A stretch of DNA of 64,000 nucleotides from positions 1 through 64,000 of the IMG/VR virus record IMGVR_UViG_3300037882_004127, one strand, 5' to 3'. The position numbers were made by a program, and so were the translations under genes. The stretch is from a virus. Every line of letters starts with the position of its first letter. Position 1 is the stretch's first letter. Positions 1-9,369 of this stretch are shown here, piece by piece. A model generated the notes under the pieces. That model was not told the DNA's origin. It saw only the letters and a program-made list of their open reading frames with translations, and searched no databases.

Positions 1-480
1 ATCGTTAACGATAACCAAGTAGATACGATTTGCATTGAGGATTTGAATATTCAAGGGATAATGAAAAATCATAAATTAGCTCGCGCAATGTCAGACGTTG
101 CAATTGGGCGGTTTTATGAAATTTTAAAATACAAGTGTGAATGGAAGGGGGTTAATCTGATTAAAATTGGCCGTTTTGAGGCGAGTTCAAAAACTTGCTC
201 CGTGGACGGTTATGTCAATCATGGTTTGACCCTCAAAGATCGCAATTGGGTTTGCCCAGTTTGTCAAACGAATCATGATCGCGACTTAAATGCCGCGATC
301 AATATCAAAAAATTTGGTTTACTTGGGTTGAAAAACTCAGATAAACCAAAACTACCGATGGAATGTCGGAAAGTTAAGCCTGTGGACCGGAGCGTTAGTT
401 CCGGGGTGAAGCAGGAAGCCCCTTCGCTTGTCGATGAGGTAGTTCACAGTGAATGCGAAATTTCGCCGATAAATCTTTAA
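1..480 (+). CDS. tnpB: TnpB RNA-guided endonuclease (IS200/IS605 type), 5'-partial
   Basis: Frame is open from base 1 (IVNDNQVDTICIEDL, RuvC-II). It continues through SSKTCSVDG...CPVC and DRDLNAAIN (RuvC-III). Confidence 0.93.
   Translation: MVNDNQVDTICIEDLNIQGIMKNHKLARAMSDVAIGRFYEILKYKCEWKGVNLIKIGRFEASSKTCSVDGYVNHGLTLKDRNWVCPVCQTNHDRDLNAAINIKKFGLLGLKNSDKPKLPMECRKVKPVDRSVSSGVKQEAPSLVDEVVHSECEISPINL
340..467 (+). ncRNA. TnpB omegaRNA / IS right end (RE ends at 447; predicted guide 448-467)
   Basis: GAAGCCCCTTCGCTTGTCGATGAGGTAGTTCAC resembles an RE hairpin. Upstream GTGGAC can pair with the terminal GTTCAC as a pseudoknot. The 5' boundary is approximate. Confidence 0.7.
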
Positions 481-548
481 TTAAGGCGCATATTTCATGA
501 GTGTTTTTAAAAGATGTTTTTAGGGTTAATGTTTGATTATTATTCATA

Positions 549-842
549 TTATTTATCCTTTTTCTCTACGATTAACTCATCCTTTTCGATAACAACGGCC
601 CAAATTCTAGTACCCTCTGCTCCAGACCCAGAAATTTGGACAATCTTCCATCCTTGTTTAAGATAAACTTCCAAGTCTTTTGTGTCGGTCACGGTCCCTC
701 TTGTCGGTTTCCAAGAATAAGAAATGAATACCACTTTCTGTTCCGCAAAACAAGCTCCCACAAAGGCCAAGTAAATAATAAATAGTTTAATTAATTTTTT
801 CATGTTCGATAAGTTGATATTCAACACCATTAAAGTTAGCAA
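549..842 (-). CDS. hypothetical exported protein
   Basis: Signal-peptide-like MKKLIKLFIIYLAFVGACFA; the true start is probably this internal Met. Confidence 0.7.
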   Translation of the reverse strand: MLTLMVLNINLSNMKKLIKLFIIYLAFVGACFAEQKVVFISYSWKPTRGTVTDTKDLEVYLKQGWKIVQISGSGAEGTRIWAVVIEKDELIVEKKDK

Positions 843-1308
843 TCAGTTTCCCCGTGGTCAAGCATCTTTTAACAGTGGCTTTATCTTTCCGCGCGCGTAA
901 ATTTTGAACCTCTCTCGTTAAATCTTCATTAATTGAAATGTGGCGCGCCAAAGATTGTTTGGTTTGGCTTAATTGCTCTGTTAAGTTCTCGTTTCGCTCA
1001 ACCAACCCCTGAATGGTATCTGTTGGGGAAATTTCGTAAGATTGGAGTAATTTCTTATTAGCATCCAAAACGTTTTCTAAATCTTCCAACTCATCTCTAA
1101 GTTTTGCCTTGTCCCCTTCCAAGTCATCAATTTCATCCTCGGCTCGCTCTAGATCTTTTTTAATAGAATCAATTTCTTCCTGCGCATTTTTAATTTCACC
1201 TTCGGTATAGATTAAATAGGTTAGCCCAAAATGTTCAACTGATTCAACGTTAATGCGAGCCCACTCAGGCGCGTTTACAAAATTTGATAAAAAGTGTTTT
1301 AATAGCAT
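787..1308 (-). CDS. coiled-coil hypothetical protein
   Basis: 173-aa ORF in a tightly packed operon; heptad-rich acidic region. Confidence 0.75.
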   Translation of the reverse strand: MLLKHFLSNFVNAPEWARINVESVEHFGLTYLIYTEGEIKNAQEEIDSIKKDLERAEDEIDDLEGDKAKLRDELEDLENVLDANKKLLQSYEISPTDTIQGLVERNENLTEQLSQTKQSLARHISINEDLTREVQNLRARKDKATVKRCLTTGKLIANFNGVEYQLIEHEKIN

Positions 1309-1311
1309 AAA

Positions 1312-1503
1312 TTATTCAACCTTAATTGATTGTTTATATTTCTTGGCCAGTGTAAAATAAAACATAAATATCGCGTGTTCAACCAACATTCCGGTGAAAA
1401 TCCCCGTGATTAAGGGATTGTTAAATTGCGCGATAATTATGCACAGAATAATTCCCGCAATAAAGTTGTAGTACCACGCTGTTAGATCTATTTTGAATAG
1501 CAT
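1312..1503 (-). CDS. small membrane protein
   Basis: Two hydrophobic segments; operon packing. Confidence 0.65.
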   Translation of the reverse strand: MLFKIDLTAWYYNFIAGIILCIIIAQFNNPLITGIFTGMLVEHAIFMFYFTLAKKYKQSIKVE

Positions 1504-1506
1504 AAA

Positions 1507-1725
1507 TTACTTGGAATAAGCCTCATCAAATTTAACGAAATAACTACCAATCGTAACTTTAAACCCGGCGCGTTTAAAATATTCATATTTCTCTTTCGCG
1601 GTCTCCTCTGAAAATGTTCTCATTTCAATAATGGTTTTAAAAGTTAACTCGTCAAATCGGATAACCTCGTAAACCATTAGCGCGCCGAAATCATATAGTT
1701 TCTGAATAGTTTTTAGGTTGAGCAT
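1507..1725 (-). CDS. hypothetical protein
   Basis: Operon packing with 3-bp gaps. Confidence 0.7.
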   Translation of the reverse strand: MLNLKTIQKLYDFGALMVYEVIRFDELTFKTIIEMRTFSEETAKEKYEYFKRAGFKVTIGSYFVKFDEAYSK

Positions 1726-1728
1726 AAA

Positions 1729-1932
1729 CTAAAGTTTGCCGACAATTGCTAAAGCGTCAAGTAAATTATCCGCATCGCCCAAATGAATCATCCCACGGCA
1801 GTGGCGCGGGGTTTTATAGCATTGATAGTCAATAGCTTGCGTATGAACAATTCGCCAAACACCGCCCTCATATTCACCATTTATTATTACTTGCCCCTCA
1901 TTCAGATTAAAATATAAATCGGCTAATTTCAT
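1729..1932 (-). CDS. hypothetical protein
   Basis: ATGA overlap with the upstream gene. Confidence 0.7.
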   Translation of the reverse strand: MKLADLYFNLNEGQVIINGEYEGGVWRIVHTQAIDYQCYKTPRHCRGMIHLGDADNLLDALAIVGKL

Positions 1933-2483
1933 GGTTTATTAAATATTTGTTCAAACAATTCCTTAACCAAGGGGCGTAATAAGACATGAGTCGAATCAGT
2001 TAGCCAGTTTAAATGATAATCAGCCTTCATGGCGACTAACGGCCCGTAAATCCTCTCATTCTCAGTAGGTTCCGGCGCACCTTCGCGAGTCACATTAATC
2101 ACGATCATGGCGTCCCCATAAATCTTTTTGTAAAACTCATATTCCCACGGGTGGCGCAAATCAGTGATGATTGGAATTTTCCCTTTGTAAATATAATAGC
2201 CAATCAAACTCTCAACCTTCGCGGCCCAAAAGTTTTTATCCTTATCCAGCCCCATTTGCGCGACTTGAATATAAAGCGGGCGCATACTCTCTTTTTCCTC
2301 CGGGCTTAGATTCCATTCATTTTTACCGAAAAGGCCATTACTCACTGAGCCTAACATAGTTTTAATTTCATCCGCGAAAGAAACTCGGGCGAAATTTGGA
2401 CTGAGTTCGTATAAGAGGGAGAACAGGGTGTCTTTGCCAACAACACGCGTGCCAGTTATTCCGACTAATTTGATTTGTTTCAT
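1929..2483 (-). CDS. deoxynucleoside monophosphate kinase
   Basis: P-loop GITGTRVVGKDT, SFADEIK and ITDLRHPWE match phage dNMP kinase motifs. Confidence 0.85.
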   Translation of the reverse strand: MKQIKLVGITGTRVVGKDTLFSLLYELSPNFARVSFADEIKTMLGSVSNGLFGKNEWNLSPEEKESMRPLYIQVAQMGLDKDKNFWAAKVESLIGYYIYKGKIPIITDLRHPWEYEFYKKIYGDAMIVINVTREGAPEPTENERIYGPLVAMKADYHLNWLTDSTHVLLRPLVKELFEQIFNKP

Positions 2484-2491
2484 AAGGCGCT

Positions 2492-2743
2492 TTAAATAAA
2501 TCTGGTCCCAACCATCAGTTGAGAATTATAGCCATTTGGCTGATTAAGATAAAAGTAAAAATACATTGGATTTCCCTTATTGTCAATAAAATTAGACCGA
2601 ATTTCGCCCCCAGCTACATAAAACACCGCATCTTTAATTAGTTTGTTAGTAGCCCAATAAAAAGTTTTCCCAACGGATTTCATGTCTTCGTGGGATAAGA
2701 CGGCTTGGACATATTCTTGATCGGAATTAAATTGAAGGCGCAT
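2492..2743 (-). CDS. hypothetical protein
   Basis: ORF packing. Confidence 0.65.
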   Translation of the reverse strand: MRLQFNSDQEYVQAVLSHEDMKSVGKTFYWATNKLIKDAVFYVAGGEIRSNFIDNKGNPMYFYFYLNQPNGYNSQLMVGTRFI

Positions 2744-2756
2744 AACTATTTAAAAA

Positions 2757-2835
2757 TGGTCCTCCCGGCCAGCGGAGCCTCTGGCATAAAAACCTTATAA
2801 AGATTTCATTTTTAGCTACTTTAAATCACAGGAGG
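2757..2835 (-). tRNA. non-canonical tRNA-Ile(UAU)-like gene
   Basis: Acceptor CCTCCTG/CGGGAGG plus A-CCA; D-stem ATTT/AAAT; anticodon stem AAATC/GGTTT with loop TTTATAA; T-stem GCCAG/CTGGC with an atypical 8-nt loop. Confidence 0.7.
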
Positions 2836-2852
2836 AGAAGGATTTACAAAAA

Positions 2853-2929
2853 TGGTGGGAATACTCAGATTTAAACTGAGACTATTTCTTGTTAGAACCA
2901 AGATTGACTTTTCAATTGCCGATATTCCC
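2853..2929 (-). tRNA. non-canonical tRNA-Arg(UCU)-like gene
   Basis: Acceptor GGGAATA/TATTCCC plus A-CCA; anticodon stem TCTTG/CAAGA with loop GTTCTAA; T-stem CTCAG/CTGAG with loop TTTAAAT. Confidence 0.78.
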
Positions 2930-3111
2930 AAAATAAATCTAAAAAGAACAAAATTAAATGAGCATATCTTTAATCCGTGACTCTGCCATTCCTGCACGGC
3001 TTCAAGTTGATATTTAGCTGAGAGCGACCCGCTCAATATCCCAAAATTTCAGCTAACCCCAATAATCATGGGCTATTTTACTTTTAAGGGAAAATTTGAA
3101 AGAACTCCTAT

Positions 3112-3140
3112 ATCATCCTAAATTTCACCTAACATGTCAA
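3112..3140 (-). promoter_or_regulatory. sigma70-like promoter upstream of the tRNA cluster
   Basis: TTGACA-17 nt-GATGAT on the minus strand. Confidence 0.55.
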
Positions 3141-3281
3141 CTCTTTTCTCAGAAAAACCAACCTCGCGGTGAGATAACCACTTTCTCACACATTGCATTC
3201 TTTGTCAGATCGTCTCTTTTATTAGCTTGCGCTAATGGGTGTTTTGGACTACGCGAGTGCTTTCTTGTTGCGAAACGAGGT

Positions 3282-3515
3282 TTAATCAAATATAAACCCG
3301 CGCCGACCTTGAACCCTTACACAAGGATCATTACCCGGAATTTCCGCGCGATCAAAGTCCCCATCTTCAGGGCCAAGGTTGTAATTCCACTCCTTAGTTG
3401 CCTTTTCAATAAAGGCCGCTTCCTGTTCTTTGGTGGTCACGAAAACCACATCTAGATTTGAATATACGATATACATTTTTGTTTTGGTGTTTACATTCCC
3501 TTTTCTTCGTGGCAA
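3282..3515 (-). CDS. hypothetical protein
   Basis: Probable true start at MYIVYSN. Confidence 0.55.
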   Translation of the reverse strand: MPRRKGNVNTKTKMYIVYSNLDVVFVTTKEQEAAFIEKATKEWNYNLGPEDGDFDRAEIPGNDPCVRVQGRRGFIFD

Positions 3516-3703
3516 TGACCCACGATAAAGCCATCCTTTAAAATATCCCCTTCGTAAATTTCTTTATTCGAGGCCATAATTAAGCTAGTTTGTGTATTAA
3601 TCTCGGGGAAATGATATTTGCTGAACCCGCGCCCGCAAATCCAGTTTAGGAGGCGCTTGGGCAAGGAGATTTTCTGGAAGGTCTTAAATTTGATGTTTTT
3701 CAT
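3491..3703 (-). CDS. YopX-family protein, short or truncated
   Basis: IKFK and KEIYEGDIL motifs. Confidence 0.6.
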   Translation of the reverse strand: MKNIKFKTFQKISLPKRLLNWICGRGFSKYHFPEINTQTSLIMASNKEIYEGDILKDGFIVGHCHEEKGM

Positions 3704-3753
3704 GGTTAATTGATTACTTAAATACTCTAACTATTCCCCGGCAAAAATCAAGC

Positions 3754-3984
3754 TTATTTCTCCAAATTCCCGCCCGATTGAATAATTTCAACCAAACGAT
3801 AATCGGCCATTTGCGCGCTGATAATTTCCTCTGAGAAGGTTTTATTATAAAGTGAAATGCTAATTAATAAGACTCCGATTAAAAATCCACAAACAGCGGC
3901 AACAGTTCTAAAAAAATCTTCATCCCAAGATTCTTTAATTGAGTTAATTGTTGCGCTAATCGCGGCGATAACGAGAAAGGTCAC
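3754..3984 (-). CDS. membrane protein
   Basis: Hydrophobic helices; start uncertain. Confidence 0.6.
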   Translation of the reverse strand: MTFLVIAAISATINSIKESWDEDFFRTVAAVCGFLIGVLLISISLYNKTFSEEIISAQMADYRLVEIIQSGGNLEK

Positions 3985-4128
3985 GCCAATAGATAATTGA
4001 ACATTGATTCAATTAGCAAGAGGTTTAATTTGGCATCATAGATTTGTTGGATGTTCATATATTTTGTTCGGTTTAAGTTAATTACTAAAATGAGGTTATG
4101 TGATTTTGGCGCGGGAGTCAAGAGCTTT

Positions 4129-4392
4129 TTAAGAATTTCCAGTATTCCCATAAGGCGACAATTTAAGTTTGCGGCGAAAACGCGACACGAAATCTTGATG
4201 CTGACTTTCTGAGCAGATTAAGTACCACTGATCACTCTTATTATTGTCGGCCCGATAATAACCAATGACTGTTTGCGCGGGGCTAATTAGTTTGCCGAAG
4301 AAACGTGTTTCAGGTTGGCGCTCAACACTGAAGACGGCTTCGTTTTCAATGTCAAACTCGCAAGTTAATTCATTGTAGTTAAAGTTTTTCAT
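4129..4392 (-). CDS. hypothetical protein
   Basis: ORF packing. Confidence 0.7.
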   Translation of the reverse strand: MKNFNYNELTCEFDIENEAVFSVERQPETRFFGKLISPAQTVIGYYRADNNKSDQWYLICSESQHQDFVSRFRRKLKLSPYGNTGNS

Positions 4393-4397
4393 ATTTA

Positions 4398-4664
4398 TTA
4401 TTCTTCAAATGGATCAATCCCGGCATACATTAAGTTAATTGGGTCGGCGCTGTCAAGTCGCTTTTTAGACTTTTTCCGTCCGCCGCGTGATTTGAATATC
4501 GTCACGACAGTTTTGTCTTTAACTAGCGCAATCATCCCGTTGCCAAGGGGATATCGACCATCAGTTGGGCCGATTTTTGAAATAATCCCTTTTGATATTT
4601 TGCGTTTATCTAAATCGAGGAAGCGCTCGCAATATCGGACAATGGCGTGGTCGGTGACTTTCAT
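4398..4664 (-). CDS. hypothetical protein, possible RelE-like fold
   Basis: VTDHAIVRYCER...VVTI pattern. Confidence 0.55.
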   Translation of the reverse strand: MKVTDHAIVRYCERFLDLDKRKISKGIISKIGPTDGRYPLGNGMIALVKDKTVVTIFKSRGGRKKSKKRLDSADPINLMYAGIDPFEE

Positions 4665-4667
4665 GGA

Positions 4668-4982
4668 TTAGGCAACTTTTTCAGGCACAAACTTACAATT
4701 AACCTCGTCCCATTCAAATTCACCCGAAGCCAAAATCGGGCGAAATTCTTCGGGGCCAGCCTTATCTAAACGAATCAATTCGGCGATCATTTCTGGCTTA
4801 AACCAAGACCTTTGTTCCGCATACCAAATATTAAGGGCGGTGGAATAATTTACGCCAAACTTAACGGCAAGAGCATCGAAGAAAGCTTCTTGCTCATCGT
4901 TAGCATGTTCCCGGCAAAATTGAAGATATTGGGTGTGGAGGTTCATGGGTAAGAGATTGATTGAATGGTTGGGCGAAGTCAA
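4668..4982 (-). CDS. hypothetical protein
   Basis: Probable true start at MNLHTQ. Confidence 0.65.
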   Translation of the reverse strand: MTSPNHSINLLPMNLHTQYLQFCREHANDEQEAFFDALAVKFGVNYSTALNIWYAEQRSWFKPEMIAELIRLDKAGPEEFRPILASGEFEWDEVNCKFVPEKVA

Positions 4983-5120
4983 GGGTGTTTTCTGTGTTTG
5001 TTTGATTTAATCTCTTAATAGCGCCTTTTGGCATGTTAAGTTAAACTACAACTACGTGAGATTGGTTTTTCTGCATATTCAAGCCTTCATCCTATATTAT
5101 CCCAATCCTGTCTCAATTTT

Positions 5121-5149
5121 TAGACATGCATTTTTCTTTCGTGTATAAT
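5121..5149 (+). promoter_or_regulatory. promoter TAGACA-17 nt-TATAAT (GTGTATAAT motif), likely leaderless
   Basis: The -10 element ends 5 nt before the ATG at 5155. Confidence 0.65.
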
Positions 5150-5154
5150 TAAAC

Positions 5155-6551
5155 ATGGAAAATGATAAAAGCAACTACAAATTTAAGGTTAGAAAGCACA
5201 TTAAGTCAAGGCTTCTTTTCGCGCAAAAGTTGATTGAAATTGGCATTCCGGAAAACAAAGTCAAACAAACTATCGCTTTTCTCCATTGGGTTATATCCGC
5301 GCTTAAATTTAATCAAGAAAATAAAAATATATCTCTGGATGACGGACATGAGTTTTTTAGCATTTCTTCTAAGCTGATCCGTAAATTTTTGCATAATGAG
5401 TATTTTTTGATTTTACAGACTCTGCAAAGAGGCGGCTATTTAATAGCACATCCAGATCGTTTGTTTGGGATCAAGAAAAGTCTTCAATATGCGCCCACAG
5501 ATAAGTTAAAGGGCGAGCTGGAAAAATATCAGGAAGAATACCTAAATAAAATAATGGAATCGTTGGATGGGTTAAAACTAATTAAGAAGAACCAAGAAAA
5601 GAACGCTAAGGCTTTGGCTAAAATAAATAACAAAGACCCTTTCGTTAGGAATGAATTAGAAAACGTAAATAAGGTTGATTTCTATTCTAATTGGCCGCAA
5701 ATTAAAGATGTTCTGGCCAAACTAACCAAAAATAAATCCATAGTGAATCGCGGCTATTTGATCAAAATGATCGAGGGGCGAATTGACAAAAAGATAAAGA
5801 GGAGTGAAAAAACCGCCGAATTTATACGGATTTTAACTGTATCACAAATATCATCCGTAAGTATGCCGTAGTGGACGGGAAGAGATTTGCAATGGATGTC
5901 GATTTGCGCGCGTGTCATTTATCCTTTCTTGCGGATTATCTGTATAGGATCAAGCCTAGCGAAAAACTTCTAAATGAAAGAGGGGTGTGGCGGGCGGTCT
6001 TTACCTCTAAGGAAACAGATCCTAGAAAGTTTTTTGCAACACAAGGAAATATTGACATGGATAAAGATCCGCTGGCCGAAAAGAAAATTAAGAAACTAAT
6101 GAATAGCTGGATTAACGGTGGTAAATTTCCGGTTTTTGATAAATATATGAAAGAATATTGGGGACCAATTTATAAGGTTTGGAAAAAATTGAACAAGAAA
6201 ACTATTGGTAATGGGATTTCAAAAACTCTTGAGTCTGAAATTTTTCGGGCAGATTGGGTGGTTAAGCTCCAAAAGAAACATAAGGTCGTAGCTCTATCAA
6301 CTCACGACGGGTTCTGTCTTTACGGAGAGAAAACAGATGCGGACTCTTACCTTAAGGAGTTTTTTGAAGAGTCGAAAAGAATCGCCGGATGGGAACTTTA
6401 TTTTAAGGTGGATAAAAAGATTGAATTTGATACGAAAACTGAAATTGATATTTTTGACCTAAAAATTCAAGAAGCGGTCGATAAGGAAAATGTAGCGCGC
6501 GTTGAGTTCCTCACAAAAGAAAAGACCGATTATATCCAGCGGATTTCTTGA
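5155..6551 (+). pseudogene. family-A-polymerase-fold protein split by a 1-nt frameshift near 5815
   Basis: Adding one G gives T-G-R-I-Y. This is followed by motif A (MDVDLRACH), motif B-like KKLMNSWINGG and motif C (THDG). Confidence 0.7.
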
Positions 6552-6582
6552 TTTTTCACTGCGAAAAGGGTAATATATTGAT

Positions 6583-6894
6583 ATGGAAACAAAGTTCAAG
6601 GCTTACTCGCTGGAAAGCGTTGAAATACTCGTTAAGTTAGGATTTCGCGGGATCATCCTTTATCAAGGAGCTTTTACCGAGGGGGACAAATCTCTTAAAT
6701 ACTTTGATTCGAAAACCTTTTATACCGTAGATGTTGATTACGAAGATAAATTGGCCCATGCAAGGGTATGGTCAACGGATTTAGATTTGATGAAAACGCG
6801 CGCAATTTTAGCTATTCAAGGGGCGTTTAATAAATTAGATGAAGAGGGACAAGAGCGCGCGAATAAAGAGATTGATCGCATTAAAGCGTTATAA
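6583..6894 (+). CDS. hypothetical protein
   Basis: 103-aa ORF followed by a hairpin. Confidence 0.7.
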   Translation: METKFKAYSLESVEILVKLGFRGIILYQGAFTEGDKSLKYFDSKTFYTVDVDYEDKLAHARVWSTDLDLMKTRAILAIQGAFNKLDEEGQERANKEIDRIKAL

Positions 6895-6901
6895 ATAAAA
6901 A

Positions 6902-6929
6902 TTCCCCGCAATAATTAAATTACGGGGAA
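6902..6929. terminator. hairpin terminator between convergent genes
   Basis: TTCCCCG..AAT / ATT..CGGGGAA inverted repeat. Confidence 0.55.
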
Positions 6930-7040
6930 CAAACTATCCAGTTGTTAAACAGTTAAGTAAGATTCTACGCGCCGTGGCTCACCTTTGTGTTCGACCGGTG
7001 TTAACATTATATAAGGCTAGTTCAATTTGTGTCTTCATGA

Positions 7041-7514
7041 TTATTTACTAAAATCAATCTCGTCCGTTGGGAGAATAACAATTTCCACTAAGTCTTTTGC
7101 TGGAGCAATTGAAACAGCCTTGCTATACTCACGTTTAATCCCGTGGAAGAAATCATAATATTTTTCAATCTTCCCACCTTTCCCCTTGCGTCCGCGTTTA
7201 CTCTTCGGGCGATCATTTTGCTGCGCTGATGCTTGTTGGATTCGTTGAAGCAAGGTGTTGTTATCACTATCTTGAGGAACTTTGGCTAAAAACCCCCCTT
7301 CCGAATAATTACCCTTTTCATCACGACGAACAAAGAAAACGTGCTTATTTTTAGCCTTCGGTCCAGTTTCGTCCTTCAATTCCTCCTTCTCTGCCTCTAA
7401 TTCAGCCTGAATCTTTTTGATATCCTCAATTAGATTTTTCTTAGTTTCGGCGTCCTTCACGTTTTCGTGAATTTTCGCCATAATTTCGTCAATTGGTAGT
7501 TTTGTGATAGCCAT
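7041..7514 (-). CDS. hypothetical protein
   Basis: 157-aa ORF. Confidence 0.8.
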   Translation of the reverse strand: MAITKLPIDEIMAKIHENVKDAETKKNLIEDIKKIQAELEAEKEELKDETGPKAKNKHVFFVRRDEKGNYSEGGFLAKVPQDSDNNTLLQRIQQASAQQNDRPKSKRGRKGKGGKIEKYYDFFHGIKREYSKAVSIAPAKDLVEIVILPTDEIDFSK

Positions 7515-7531
7515 GTTTTTTATTATTAAGT

Positions 7532-7750
7532 TTAGTAAGCTGCTGGAATTAGTGATTTGTGATAAAACGCCTTAATATGTTTATCAAGGGTTTTCTCAGT
7601 GATTTTTCTCTCAGGAATTTCGTCATAACGATTTTTAAGAATCTCGTATAAATTCCCCTTATGTCGCGTCACGACCATCGCGACCTCTGCAAATGCTTGC
7701 TCGGCCACTCGGTATTTAGTGTCTTTTGAGACGAACAGAATTGTGTTCAT
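7532..7750 (-). CDS. hypothetical protein
   Basis: ORF packing. Confidence 0.7.
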   Translation of the reverse strand: MNTILFVSKDTKYRVAEQAFAEVAMVVTRHKGNLYEILKNRYDEIPERKITEKTLDKHIKAFYHKSLIPAAY

Positions 7751-7778
7751 ATTGATTTTTGTTCCAAAAATTGTAATC

Positions 7779-8285
7779 CTACGGATTATTTGCCTCGGAA
7801 ATCATTTGATTTTCCCAAGCCTGATATTGAATTTTGGCTTCGTTCAATGTTGTAAACTTAGCTTTTGCAACCTCATCAATAACAAGTTCACCGGGGGAGT
7901 CATCTACATATTTCCCATTAACATGAATCACGCGCCAACTCATATGATCGCCCTCTCCGTAAGATGCCGCCGACACGGCTTCCCAGCCACCATCGACCTC
8001 GTACCAAGTTAATTGGTGGGTGTCTTTTTTGTGCAAAAGTTGTTCCGCCCGAATATGCTTTAATTTGCCCCGCAATGTCTTGAGGGAATCTTCATTCACC
8101 AAAAAATCCCAGACAGCATCCGATGATCTCTCATCAAAGGGATCTCCAATGATTTCGCGGGCAGTTTCATTAGCGTCCTGTATTTGTTTAAGAAAGTATT
8201 CAACTCGTCGTTTTTGTTCTGATAATTCTTTATTTTGTTGTTTGATATTCATATTTGTTTTTCTCCGAAATTGGTATCCATTCAA
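7779..8285 (-). CDS. hypothetical protein
   Basis: 168-aa ORF. Confidence 0.7.
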   Translation of the reverse strand: MNGYQFRRKTNMNIKQQNKELSEQKRRVEYFLKQIQDANETAREIIGDPFDERSSDAVWDFLVNEDSLKTLRGKLKHIRAEQLLHKKDTHQLTWYEVDGGWEAVSAASYGEGDHMSWRVIHVNGKYVDDSPGELVIDEVAKAKFTTLNEAKIQYQAWENQMISEANNP

Positions 8286-8785
8286 ATTGTTTTCTGTAAA
8301 TATTGTTCCTTCTCTTGAGCCTCTAAAGATTTTCTGATATAACGCATAAAAATAATAGCCTTATCCTCGGGGAGAAAAGCTGCGTCGCCAGTATCGTTAA
8401 TGTCAACACTGAAGCGGAAATTAGTTCCCTCAACTTCATACCATAACTCTCTCGCGCGGTAGAACAGGAATTTAACCTTCTTGTCTTTTACTAAATCTTT
8501 AATATTTAACATGTTATTTATGTTTTCGGTCCATTCAGTAATATCTTCACCATCCTCAGATTCCCATTCCAGCCATTCCCCATTCTCAAAAATCTCTAAC
8601 CCGAACGCATTTGAATCAATACTCTTATCCAAAAGTTGCGAGTTAGCCAAGGCTTCAATTAATTGTGCGCCATGTTTTGGATCTGTAACGGGATAAACAA
8701 TCGGTCTATCAGGTGGATTAATAATATTCCAAACGCGCAAATCGCCTTCACGCGGCATTTTATTGATTTTTCTTTGGCGAATCAT
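8282..8785 (-). CDS. P22 gp17-like (superinfection-exclusion family) domain fused to a second small domain
   Basis: LRVWNI...SNAFGLE...EWLEWESEDGED pattern. Confidence 0.55.
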   Translation of the reverse strand: MIRQRKINKMPREGDLRVWNIINPPDRPIVYPVTDPKHGAQLIEALANSQLLDKSIDSNAFGLEIFENGEWLEWESEDGEDITEWTENINNMLNIKDLVKDKKVKFLFYRARELWYEVEGTNFRFSVDINDTGDAAFLPEDKAIIFMRYIRKSLEAQEKEQYLQKTI

Positions 8786-8948
8786 CTTATTTATTCTCTT
8801 TTTAATATTTTATTAATCGCCACCCGAAATCCATAGCAAGCAACATCCGACATAAAATCTTTCCACGCGGGGTTATTGTTGTCGGTTGTGGAGAAGAGTT
8901 CTTCCAGAAAATCTAGCCGCTCTTTATCTGTAATTTTCTTAATGGTTT

Positions 8949-9206
8949 TCATTTGTTAACGTTAATCAGTTCAATCAGTGTTTGCTTGGGCACGATACCC
9001 ACTTTGCGCAAAATTTCAACGTTATCCTTAAGAAAAATCAAAGTTGGCGCGGCACGGATATTGTATTTATCGAAGATTGATTCGTGGTCATCGAGATTGT
9101 AGGAAACTAGTTCAACCCCGGTTTCTTTAATTACCTCTGGCAAATACCGGGCTAGGGCAATGCAGGGTTGGCATCCGGGAGATGAAAATTTAAGTAGCTT
9201 AAGCAT
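8949..9206 (-). CDS. thioredoxin
   Basis: CQPC active site and the cis-Pro motif AAPTLI. Confidence 0.9.
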   Translation of the reverse strand: MLKLLKFSSPGCQPCIALARYLPEVIKETGVELVSYNLDDHESIFDKYNIRAAPTLIFLKDNVEILRKVGIVPKQTLIELINVNK

Positions 9207-9369
9207 TATAATTTAATTTAGTGGTTGTTCTTATGATGTCAAATTGAAAGTCCTCAACAAACTGTTTCTTTTTATTGTTGCTCAGCGCAGCGAAGGTTTC
9301 TCTAATTTTTACTCTGCGCTTCCCATTCACTTGCGCGACCCTCATCAAATCTTCTAATTCGTTTATCAT

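Noticed and set aside
2885-2905. Amber-suppressor reading (CUA) of the second tRNA and genome-wide TAG recoding
   Set aside because: The 7-nt loop centres on UCU, and recA, the phosphoesterase and other genes end at TAG with normal length.
2821-3036. 71-aa ORF
   Set aside because: It overlaps the tRNA genes and is likely spurious.
5806-5813. Canonical -1 slippery heptamer A-AAA-AAC
   Set aside because: It is not in the frame required relative to the upstream ORF. A missing G in the TGR motif is the simpler explanation.
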